The notes beneath the pieces were generated by a model. It was not told the origin of the DNA. It worked only from the letters and a program-made list of their open reading frames with translations, and made no database searches. Positions 17,101 to 24,721 of a stretch of 32,000 bases of DNA are shown piece after piece. The DNA comes from Nitrosospira multiformis ATCC 25196 (GTDB lineage: Bacteria > Pseudomonadota > Gammaproteobacteria > Burkholderiales > Nitrosomonadaceae), in assembly GCF_000196355.1 (NCBI RefSeq), contig NC_007614.1, positions 2,970,001 through 3,002,000 of the forward strand, given 5' to 3'. Numbering within the stretch: position 1 is the first letter of the stretch; every line of letters begins with the position of its first letter. The translations under genes and the position numbers were made by a program.

Positions 17101-17309
17101 CGCTCGAAGACGAAACCGGGATAACGAACGTCGTGCTGTGGAACCAGGTCATCCTGAAGTACCGCCGCGAAACCTTGAACTCGAAGCTTCTGACAGTATA
17201 CGGCGTATGGCAATCCGAAAGCGGCGTCAAACACCTTATCGCCAAACGGCTGGTGGATCATAGCCACCTGCTGGGCAGCCTTGTGGTGGAAAGCAGGGAT
17301 TTTCATTAG
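14187..17309 (+). CDS. dnaE2: Error-prone DNA polymerase DnaE2 (ImuC)
   Basis: 1040 aa. PHP-domain N-terminus [49 protein letters not shown], a Pol III alpha core, and a C-terminal OB-fold region. Confidence 0.95.
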   Translation: [1040 protein letters not shown]

Positions 17310-17440
17310 GCCTGAATCTTGTGAAGCTTGCGAGCATCAAGGATGGAAATATCTGCAAGAACATGTTGCCAGGATTTGCTATAAATCATGTGCTACATTG
17401 TAGTTGGGTATCTGTTCAAATAATCCGGGAGGGAAGCCTC

Positions 17441-17881
17441 ATGAATATTTTCAGACGTCATCCTTTGTTATTGAGTTGCGGCATCGGCTTCGCCATATTT
17501 TCGGGCGCCCTTGCAGCTCAGGGTTTCGATCAGTTGAAAGATATCACCGGAAGCGGTCTCGGGGGCGCAGCCTCGTCATTGGGACTGTCATCGATAACGT
17601 CCGGGAGCACGGGTAATGCCGCAGGAATTATTGAGTACTGCATGAAAAACAATTATCTGAGTGGCGACAACGCTTCTTCGGTCAGGGATCAGTTGATGGG
17701 AAAGATTACCGGCGGCGGAGATCAACCAGCCCAAAATAATCCCGACTATATCAACGGTGCGCAGGGTATCGTGAGCGGCAGTGCGGGTCAGAACGTGGAT
17801 TTGAGCATGGCGGGCATGAAGGCTTCCGCAGTGAAAAAAGTATGCGAGAAGATACTTGAGCAGGGCAAGTCCATGCTTTGA
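17441..17881 (+). CDS. DUF2501 (YjjA-like) periplasmic protein
   Basis: The ATG at 17441 is preceded by GGGAGGGA. Signal peptide MNIFRRHPLLLSCGIGFAIFSGALAA. Core text GNAAGIIEYCMKNNYL...VKKVCEKILEQGKSML matches my recollection of DUF2501. The track's upstream extension (17321) is not needed. Confidence 0.7.
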   Translation: MNIFRRHPLLLSCGIGFAIFSGALAAQGFDQLKDITGSGLGGAASSLGLSSITSGSTGNAAGIIEYCMKNNYLSGDNASSVRDQLMGKITGGGDQPAQNNPDYINGAQGIVSGSAGQNVDLSMAGMKASAVKKVCEKILEQGKSML

Positions 17882-18426
17882 AAATCTGATCCAGAGGGTT
17901 TCAGCCTCCCATAAAGGCTTTCGCCGCTTCACTCTCTAGTGTCCAGCAGCGCATGCCGGGGGAAGTTGCCCCAGGCAGGCTGCAAGGACGGTGGAAAACG
18001 CCAGATGATGGACAACAAAACTGCTATCGCTCATCCCTTGCTTGCAGACAACTTGGGTACCTGAACTCCCCTCTCCCTGAGAGATCTCGCCTCATTCTCT
18101 TGGTCATGCTCCTGCTCCTGTGCTTGCCTGTGCCAACAGAATCTGCACTACTTCTCGGTCGCTAGTAGCAAACCTCAGACCGGGTAAGACAAAGTGCTTC
18201 CGCTTACCGGTTCGGCTCCTGACCTTCAAGGCAGTTCTAGCTCGCCCCCAACTTATGACATAAAATCATTGGCAAACAACTTGTAAGAAATTTTCAGAAA
18301 AACTATAGTCCGATGGCAACCTCCCAGGAGCGCACGAAGACAACGTCAATGAGTTGCAATAACTCAGCACGCTGCTACCGCTATCTCATTCGCATCGATC
18401 AGCGGCGACCCATTTTTATTTGAGGA

Positions 18427-18624
18427 ATGGCAATGGATCATATAAGGAATGAAGAACAGTCTCTTGAAAATGTCGGTACGCTTTTATCCAGCGAATCCAT
18501 TCTCGGCGAACCCGAACCCTGGGAAAGCTGGGAAACCCAACTGTGTTTGTGGAGCATAGGGATCGGTATCGCCGGACTTGTCATCCTGGGTGTACTGGTC
18601 GACTTGTTCCTGCTACCCAAATAA
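18427..18624 (+). CDS. Small membrane protein (acidic N-terminus, single C-terminal TM)
   Basis: 65 aa with the TM segment LCLWSIGIGIAGLVILGVLVDLFLL. GAGGA lies just upstream; the ATG at 18433 has the better spacing. The next gene starts 5 nt after its stop. Confidence 0.5.
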   Translation: MAMDHIRNEEQSLENVGTLLSSESILGEPEPWESWETQLCLWSIGIGIAGLVILGVLVDLFLLPK

Positions 18625-18629
18625 GACGG

Positions 18630-18908
18630 ATGCAAGCCGATCTCGAAGTTCGGTTGACACACGACGGTCATCGATGGATAGCGCACCACTCCAGCTTTGA
18701 GGCGTGCGGAAAGACTTTGCTCGAACTGGACGAAGACGTGACGAGATGCCTGCTGGATCGGCAATTATTCCAGCAGAATAATCAGGTCATGGTCTTCATG
18801 GCTTTTGACTACACCTGCATTCCAACCTGGATTCGGCAATATGCCTACCACTATTTCAATCGCTACATCCGGTTGGATCTGAAATCACCCGTGCAAAAAG
18901 TGCAATAA
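18630..18908 (+). CDS. Small soluble protein of unknown function (N-terminal half HicB-like by eye)
   Basis: ATG at 18630: MQADLEVRLTHDGHRWIAHHSSFEACGKTLLELDEDVTRCLLDR...IPTWIRQYAYHYFNRYIRLDL. The track's longer N-terminus overlaps the preceding small ORF in another frame. Confidence 0.55.
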   Translation: MQADLEVRLTHDGHRWIAHHSSFEACGKTLLELDEDVTRCLLDRQLFQQNNQVMVFMAFDYTCIPTWIRQYAYHYFNRYIRLDLKSPVQKVQ

Positions 18909-18935
18909 CAAGGGCAAACAAGGGGGATAAGCGAA

Positions 18936-20387
18936 ATGAACAGAAAATGGTATTCGGGCATGGCAAGCACCGAGGATTGGTGGGCTGTGTGGCTGGGGCT
19001 GATCATGTTTCTTGCAAGCGTGAGTTCCCTCTGGGGATGGGATCTCACTGGCTGGATGGCAAAAACCAGCACCTGGGTTTGGGGAAAATTCTCGATTGAA
19101 ACGGCATTGAAACCCAGCGGCAAGGTGGCGCTGCATCCCGCCATGTCGTTGCTGGTCACCTATCTGGTATTCACCACGCTGACCTGCATTGCCGCATGGG
19201 CGATGAAGCTCGATGTAAAGCGATTCTTTGCCGCATGGACCGTGCTTTTTGTGCTGACCTGGATTGCCTGGATCATCGGGCAGGAAGCCCATTTCAAGGT
19301 GCCGGTGCACGAGTTCGCCAAGCATGACCTGTCCTGGGGATTGTCCCTTGGCGGCGGCTTCTCCTACCTGCTCGCCCTCGTGATCGGGCTGATTATCGGA
19401 AATTTCTTCAAGGGAACAGCTGCGTTTCTGAGTGAAGCCGCGAAACCGGAATGGTTCATCAAGACTGCCATCGTGTTTCTCGGCATCAAGATCGGCGTCA
19501 TGTCCATGGAGGCGGCGAGCTTCATTCGTGAACTGGTCCTGACGGGCATCGCGGCCACCTTTGTTGCCTACATGCTGTTCTGGCCAATCGTCTATGCGCT
19601 CGCCCGCAGAGGGTTCAAGCTGTCGCGCGAGGCTTCGGCCGTACTCTCTTCCGGTATTTCCATCTGCGGCGTCTCGGCCGCGATCGCCACCGCCGGCGCG
19701 ATCCGTGCCCGCCCCGTCATTCCAGTCGTCGTCTCGATACTGGTGGTGATCTTCGCCATGTTCGAGCTCATCATCCTCCCAGGGTTTTATGCTGCCGTAG
19801 CTCCCGGCCAGCCTATCGTCAACGGGTCTGCCTTGGGGCTGACGGTAAAAACCGATGGCGCCGATGCAGCCGCCGGGGCGATACTCGATGAACTGATGCG
19901 GGCGAATGCCCAGGCTAATGGCATAGTGTGGAAAGAAGGCTGGATCCTGATGGCCTCACTGACCACCAAAATCTGGATCGACGTGTTCATCGGCGTCTGG
20001 GCATTTCTGCTGGCACTGGTATGGGTATACAAGGTGGAGCGCAAGCCGGGGCAATCCAGAATCGGGCTCTCGGAGATCTGGCACCGCTTTCCCAAATTCG
20101 TACTGGGCTATCTGATCGTCTGGTTTTCCTATATCACACTTGCCTCAAGCGGGCCGGAAATTGCCAGGACCTTGCACAAAGCCGCGGAACCAGTGGAAGG
20201 CTCCATGCGCACCATGATGTTCATGCTGACCTTCCTCAGCATCGGCACCATTACCGATTTCAGCAAGCTCAAGGGAATGGGCAGGCTGGCGCTGCTTTAT
20301 GCGATTGCCCTGTTCGGGATCATCGCCCCGATTGCTTACGGTGTTGCATGGATATTCCATCGGGGGATGATGCCGCCAGTGCTGTAA
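18936..20387 (+). CDS. YeiH/UPF0324-family (putative sulfate-exporter family) membrane transporter, enlarged version
   Basis: 483 aa and polytopic. Family signature LSSGISICGVSAAIATAGAIRA. A good SD (AGGGGGA) precedes the ATG. Family members are usually noticeably shorter, as far as I recall. Confidence 0.75.
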   Translation: MNRKWYSGMASTEDWWAVWLGLIMFLASVSSLWGWDLTGWMAKTSTWVWGKFSIETALKPSGKVALHPAMSLLVTYLVFTTLTCIAAWAMKLDVKRFFAAWTVLFVLTWIAWIIGQEAHFKVPVHEFAKHDLSWGLSLGGGFSYLLALVIGLIIGNFFKGTAAFLSEAAKPEWFIKTAIVFLGIKIGVMSMEAASFIRELVLTGIAATFVAYMLFWPIVYALARRGFKLSREASAVLSSGISICGVSAAIATAGAIRARPVIPVVVSILVVIFAMFELIILPGFYAAVAPGQPIVNGSALGLTVKTDGADAAAGAILDELMRANAQANGIVWKEGWILMASLTTKIWIDVFIGVWAFLLALVWVYKVERKPGQSRIGLSEIWHRFPKFVLGYLIVWFSYITLASSGPEIARTLHKAAEPVEGSMRTMMFMLTFLSIGTITDFSKLKGMGRLALLYAIALFGIIAPIAYGVAWIFHRGMMPPVL

Positions 20388-20468
20388 TAGCGAACGCGGC
20401 GACTGAGGGAAGGGAAACTGTGTTCTATTTGAGCAGCTTGGCCGAGATGAAGCCAGAAGCTTTGTATG

Positions 20469-20903
20469 CTATTCCTCTACGCTGATACCGGAGCCACCCA
20501 TTTCCTTTGGGAGATCCTTCATCTTGGGCAATCCGTCCTTGATGCGCAATACCGTTTCCTGATAGTTGACATGAATGCCGGGTCGATATGGAAAATCAGG
20601 AATGGCTGCTGCGTATACATCCGTAAGTCCCATGTCCGGATGCTCGGTGAAGAGATGACCGCCACAGGTTTTGCACCATTTGCGATAGCTGCGCGGCGTT
20701 TTGTTGTAGGTGCCGATGTTTTCCTCCCCTGATATGACCTGCACCGCTTCCGGTTTCCATAAGATGAAGGCGTTGACAGGCGAAGCCGACCAGTGGCGAC
20801 ACGATTCGCAGTGACAATAACCCATCGCTTCCGGCTTGCCGCTGACGGTAAACTGAACCGCGCCACAAAAACAACTGCCTTTGTAGGTTTTTTCGTTGTT
20901 CAT
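20469..20903 (-). CDS. GFA-family (CENP-V/glutathione-dependent formaldehyde-activating-like) zinc protein
   Basis: Starting from the internal Met: MNNEKTYKGSCFCGAVQFTVSG...GYCHCESCRHWS...KWCKTCGGHLF, which holds the Cys clusters typical of the GFA fold. Confidence 0.85.
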   Translation of the reverse strand: MNNEKTYKGSCFCGAVQFTVSGKPEAMGYCHCESCRHWSASPVNAFILWKPEAVQVISGEENIGTYNKTPRSYRKWCKTCGGHLFTEHPDMGLTDVYAAAIPDFPYRPGIHVNYQETVLRIKDGLPKMKDLPKEMGGSGISVEE

Positions 20904-20970
20904 CGTAACAATCCATGTGCTGTAGCAGTCCCATGATAACCTCGATTTGTCGATTATTCCTTTACTGTGG

Positions 20971-21279
20971 TCATGTAACACGCTTTTGCCGACTTGAATA
21001 CCTTTTCAGGAAAGCCAGGTACCCAAGACCCACCAACATTAACAGTGCACTGGGAGGTTCTGGGACAGAGGCAAGTGCTACAGCGAATCTATCGGTATAT
21101 ACCGTGGCAGTCGAACACTGCCCTGGAATTTGTAGAAAGATTTGCATCGCGAACACGTGAGAAACGTGGGTCAGAGTTATCTGGCAGGAATGTATCAATA
21201 TCGAATGAAGTTGAGTTGAGTGCCACCCATCGGTTGTATTCTCGATATTACCGTTTTCATCAGCAAATCCAATCGCCGC
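20971..21279 (-). pseudogene. C-terminal remnant of a second PEP-CTERM protein (N-terminus and signal peptide missing)
   Basis: The frame is open for 103 codons after an upstream TAA. It ends ...FAVALASVPEPPSALLMLVGLGYLAFLKRYSSRQKRVT (PEP motif, TM, basic tail). There is no ATG with a signal peptide, and the 5' side abuts the AT-rich island. Confidence 0.6.
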
Positions 21280-21302
21280 TTAAGTACAAACAGAATGGCG
21301 CA

Positions 21303-23054
21303 CTACACTAGAAGCGATGCTAGGTCTTGGTCATCCATTTGTAATTCTCTCGCAGAGAGAAAATAATCGACTTTTGACTTTGCTTTTCCACTTTTAAAAA
21401 ACATCCTGTGCTGATATTTGACACCTTCTTCCTTCTTTTCTTGTTCTGCTGCTTTACTAACTACGTCTAACGCCTCTCCGTATAAGGCTTTTAATTTGTC
21501 GATATTGCCGTAAGTAATGTCAATTTTCATTCGTTCCGCAATGCTTCCGATGGCATATAAAATAAAATAGGTAGCATGCAAAACAAATACCCTGTCCATA
21601 TATTGATCTGGTTGATCGTTGATTTCCCGGCGGACCGCTAGTTTCTTACTCTCGATATCTTTGTAAATCAAATAAGACACGAGCAAGTGTTCTGCTGTCA
21701 GATGGTCTGAAAATATTTCATCATATTTATCGCTAAAAATACGCCTCTTTTCGTCTTTAGCTTCAGCCGGTTTTCCGAGTATGAAAGCCATTATTGCTTG
21801 GGCTGCTTTCTCTGCATCTATTACCTGTTGTTTCGGGAGATCCGAAAACATACCTTTTTTTCTTTCATAAAAGAATTTAAAAGTATTTTTAAGGTCTGCT
21901 TCGTACTTTCTCTGAGTAAAATCATTTGACCGAAGGTCTCTGCTTGCGACCGGATTTTGACTATTTGTAAACTCGGAAATACTTCCAATTAATTGTTCAT
22001 TCTTGGTTTCGTAAATCCGAACGAGTAAATCTGTCTCGTTTAGGCATTCTGGATTTTCCTTTAGTGCTTCATGCAACGCGTGAATTGTCTGGCATCCGTT
22101 CACTATCTGAAAATCCTTCAGTTCGAGAATGGGGCTGCGAACGGCTTTCGGATATTTAAATTCTGAACAAGTAACTGTGATGCCATTGTTATAGTAAAAA
22201 AATCGAAATCCTTCTTCCGAAGTGGCAGTCTCTTTGATCGCCTTGTTTATCTTCGATGATTTTTTAAGATAAACGCGCACATTTTCATCAAACGCGTCCT
22301 CCAATATGTCATACGAACCGAAGTCTAATGTCTCCCAGTCGGCCCTTTGGCGTGTTACTTCATCATCTAAAACGATCCTAATAACATCTCGAGCGTCGAT
22401 ATTGGCAATTAAGGCCCTCACATCTCCATCGGATTTTTCGAAGTAACTTTTGTCTATTAATTTTGTTTTAGCGGACAAATGCCTCTTCCCGCGTTTCGTA
22501 ATTCGCTCAATAATGTGATGTCCGAGAACCTGATGATGAGAAACATCAGAGAATCTTGAAAGATCAGAACTGAAGCGACGCCCCTCTTCGTCTGTTAGGC
22601 CCTTAAACTGGTTTGTGCAGAGATGGATTACAAAAGTCGGCGAAGTCGAGTCAAATAGAGACCATATATCCTCAATTTTAGCGAAAAGGGCTTGATTTAT
22701 CTCTTGCTTAAGGGCGTTTTCTTTGCTCAAAACTTTAGCTAGAAAAGAAACGACTTTGTCGGTTTCATCGGAAGGAAAGTTAGAATTAAGCTTTTCAAGT
22801 TTGTCAGTATATTTGAAGTTAAATAAATGGACTGTTGGACCATTGTCTTCATCGATAAAAACAGCATCTATGCCACGATCATGACCGGTACTTCCCTTCA
22901 TTGCCGACAAAAATGAGGTATCCGTAATTGCATCGATAGCATCATCTTCGGTAACGTCAAGGATCTGCATTAGGCTAAAAATCATAAATTTGTGGGAAAA
23001 ATCCAGCTTGTCTTCTCCCACTTTTTTGATTTGGTTTCTAGGCTCAGGACTCAT
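21303..23054 (-). CDS. AIPR-family abortive-infection protein, 5' end displaced by an IS insertion (native first 13 codons lie at 23923-23884)
   Basis: 583 aa. N-terminal GHDRGIDAVFIDEDNGPTVHLFNFKY, central FFYYNNGITVTC and FQIVNGCQTIHAL are typical AIPR text. The current ATG (23054-23052) and the next 11 nt are IS terminal-repeat sequence. Confidence 0.85.
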   Translation of the reverse strand: MSPEPRNQIKKVGEDKLDFSHKFMIFSLMQILDVTEDDAIDAITDTSFLSAMKGSTGHDRGIDAVFIDEDNGPTVHLFNFKYTDKLEKLNSNFPSDETDKVVSFLAKVLSKENALKQEINQALFAKIEDIWSLFDSTSPTFVIHLCTNQFKGLTDEEGRRFSSDLSRFSDVSHHQVLGHHIIERITKRGKRHLSAKTKLIDKSYFEKSDGDVRALIANIDARDVIRIVLDDEVTRQRADWETLDFGSYDILEDAFDENVRVYLKKSSKINKAIKETATSEEGFRFFYYNNGITVTCSEFKYPKAVRSPILELKDFQIVNGCQTIHALHEALKENPECLNETDLLVRIYETKNEQLIGSISEFTNSQNPVASRDLRSNDFTQRKYEADLKNTFKFFYERKKGMFSDLPKQQVIDAEKAAQAIMAFILGKPAEAKDEKRRIFSDKYDEIFSDHLTAEHLLVSYLIYKDIESKKLAVRREINDQPDQYMDRVFVLHATYFILYAIGSIAERMKIDITYGNIDKLKALYGEALDVVSKAAEQEKKEEGVKYQHRMFFKSGKAKSKVDYFLSARELQMDDQDLASLLV

Positions 23055-23811
23055 TAATTGAGATAGAAGATGACAGTTGCGGCGATACAGATGGCAGAGA
23101 AGAAGGTATGGGCACAGCGGTCGTAACGCATGGCGATCCTGCGCCAGTCCTTGAGCCGAGCGAACATGTTCTCGATCCTGTGCCTTTGCCTGTAGAGGGT
23201 CTTGTCGTATTTGATCTGGATTTTGCGATTCCTTTTTGTCGGTATGCAGGGCGTCATGCCTTTGGCACGCAACGCTGCCCGGAACCAGGCAGCGTCATAG
23301 CCGCGGTCTGCAATCAGGGTTTTGGCTTTGGGCAATGACGGCAGCAGCACACGTGCTCCCTTGTAATCGCTCATCTGCCCTTCGGACAGGAGCATGGCCA
23401 CAGGCTTGCCCTGACCGTCGCAGACCACATGAAGCTTCGAGTTCAGGCCGCCCTTTGTGCGACCGATACGGCGGGGAACATCCCCTTTTTTAGCAGGCTG
23501 GCTGCCGTGCGGTGGGCCTTCAGATGCGTGGCGTCGATCATCAGCCTCTCGGGCGTTTCCTCTTTACCGGTCAGTTCCACAAAGATGCGGTTGAACACGC
23601 CCAGTCGGCTCCAGCGCACGAAACGGTTATACAGTGTCTTGTGCGGCCCGTATTCCCTGGGGGCATCCTTCCATTGCAGGCCATTCCGAATGACGTAGAT
23701 GATCCCGCTGATCACCCGCAGATCATCAACACGGGGAACTCCGTGGGACAAGGGAAAATAAGGTTTTATACGGTTGAACTGTGTTTCCGACAGGTAAAAC
23801 AAATCTCTCAT
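23054..23811 (-). CDS. IS5-family transposase, orfA (23811-23443) and orfB (to 23054) joined by a predicted -1 frameshift
   Basis: orfA: MRDLFYLSETQFNRIKPYFP...GLQWKDAPREYGPHKTLYNRFVRWSRLGVF. The slippery heptamer A AAA AAG lies at 23491-23485. The -1 frame continues KKGDVPRRIGRTKGGLNSKLHVVCDGQGKPVAMLLSEGQMSDYKG...ADRGYDAAWFR...RHRIENMFARLKDWRRIAMRYDR (DDE region). Confidence 0.85.
23485..23491 (-). other. Programmed -1 ribosomal frameshift heptamer of the IS transposase
   Basis: The reverse strand reads CTA AAA AAG GGG. A AAA AAG lies 39 nt upstream of the orfA stop (23445-23443), and the -1 frame is open and carries the DDE domain. Confidence 0.7.
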
Positions 23812-24040
23812 GGCAGCACCTCCGCCATAAGTGAATCACATTTGATCCTATTCGTGAATCATGAAATTAATAGGTCCTGAACCTAATTAAACTCAGGTCT
23901 TGAAGGTTGGGGGCGCGATTCATATTTGTTGTACAGATGTTTATTCTGGATTAGTCAACTCTGGCAGCAGAACTCCAGGCGGAGCATTCGGCTCGGTAAA
24001 AAGCCGATAATTCTGCTCAGATTCAACTAGCGAGCGAAAA

Positions 24041-24721
24041 TCACTTCCGGTTCAGGTATCGCTGCCTGGCTTGCTCAAAGAAAATCAATTCGGCTTGTGA
24101 ATGATTTCCGTAAGTTCGCCATTTCGGGTAGTAGTCGTTATCCGCTTCATTACCCCACGCCAGCCAATTCGGTCGTGTGCCACGAGCAAACAATTCCAGG
24201 TAAGGACCAGGACTACAGGACTCGATAATTTCATACATCTCGTCTGGCTTGCGCGAATGTTCACGTTTCTGGGTAGCCAGAAAATTAACCTGGCGACGTC
24301 CCGGCGCCAAAGTACGAGCACTCTTACCCCGCACTCCGAATAGCACGAGTTCGGTAACATTGCGAAAGTAGAAACCAACGCCGCGGCCGTCTGGTCCGCC
24401 ATCCTTGCGGATCTTGTGCCAGACTAGATTGCTCTTGTATTTGAAACCCCAGGCTTCCATGACCTTTAGCCCTTCCGGTAGAAGAGCATTCGGCACCCAC
24501 AGGTAAAGATGTGCGGTATCTTCGGCGAGCGCACGCACGGGTAAGCTCAGGATTTCATCAAGCTCCATAGTGTCGTAACGATTCAGCCGTTTGTGCTCCG
24601 GCGCCATCTTGCCGGTGCGGTTCTGGAACTGCCAGGGGGGATCGGCGAGGATCGTGCTGAAACGCTTGTCAGCAAGATGTTCCAGCAACTCTGCGGCTGG
24701 GTTAGGTGTTTTTTGATTCAT
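24041..24721 (-). CDS. MT-A70-family DNA methyltransferase (probably N6-adenine)
   Basis: 226 aa. Catalytic motif ILADPPWQF, then LYLWVPNALL, GFKYKSNLVWHK and HSRKPDEMYEIIE, all typical MT-A70 blocks. It overlaps the upstream nuclease gene by 20 nt. Confidence 0.85.
   Translation of the reverse strand: MNQKTPNPAAELLEHLADKRFSTILADPPWQFQNRTGKMAPEHKRLNRYDTMELDEILSLPVRALAEDTAHLYLWVPNALLPEGLKVMEAWGFKYKSNLVWHKIRKDGGPDGRGVGFYFRNVTELVLFGVRGKSARTLAPGRRQVNFLATQKREHSRKPDEMYEIIESCSPGPYLELFARGTRPNWLAWGNEADNDYYPKWRTYGNHSQAELIFFEQARQRYLNRK

Larger units (their letters stand above)
23041..23883 (-). mobile_element. IS5-family (IS427-like group) insertion sequence, 843 bp, flanked by a TA duplication
   Basis: The terminal inverted repeats GGCTCAGGACTCATTAATT (23041-23059) and the reverse complement of 23865-23883 (GGTTCAGGACCTATTAATT) match at 16 of 19 positions. 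TA is present on both flanks (23039-40 and 23884-85). The element holds a two-ORF transposase with a slippery site. Confidence 0.85.

Noticed and set aside
17321-17440. N-terminal extension of the DUF2501 ORF (track start at 17321)
   Set aside because: The internal ATG at 17441 has a strong SD (GGGAGGGA) and is immediately followed by a signal peptide. The extension has no supporting features.
18209-18219. GGTTCGGCTCC, reminiscent of a tRNA T-arm (a possible tRNA or integration-site remnant)
   Set aside because: No acceptor stem, anticodon arm or D-arm can be built around it.
20388-20468. Possible bidirectional terminator between the convergent YeiH-family and GFA genes (AGCTTGGC...GCCAGAAGCT)
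   Set aside because: The stem is interrupted by a 2-nt bulge and is not followed by a proper T-run on either strand. This is too weak to annotate.
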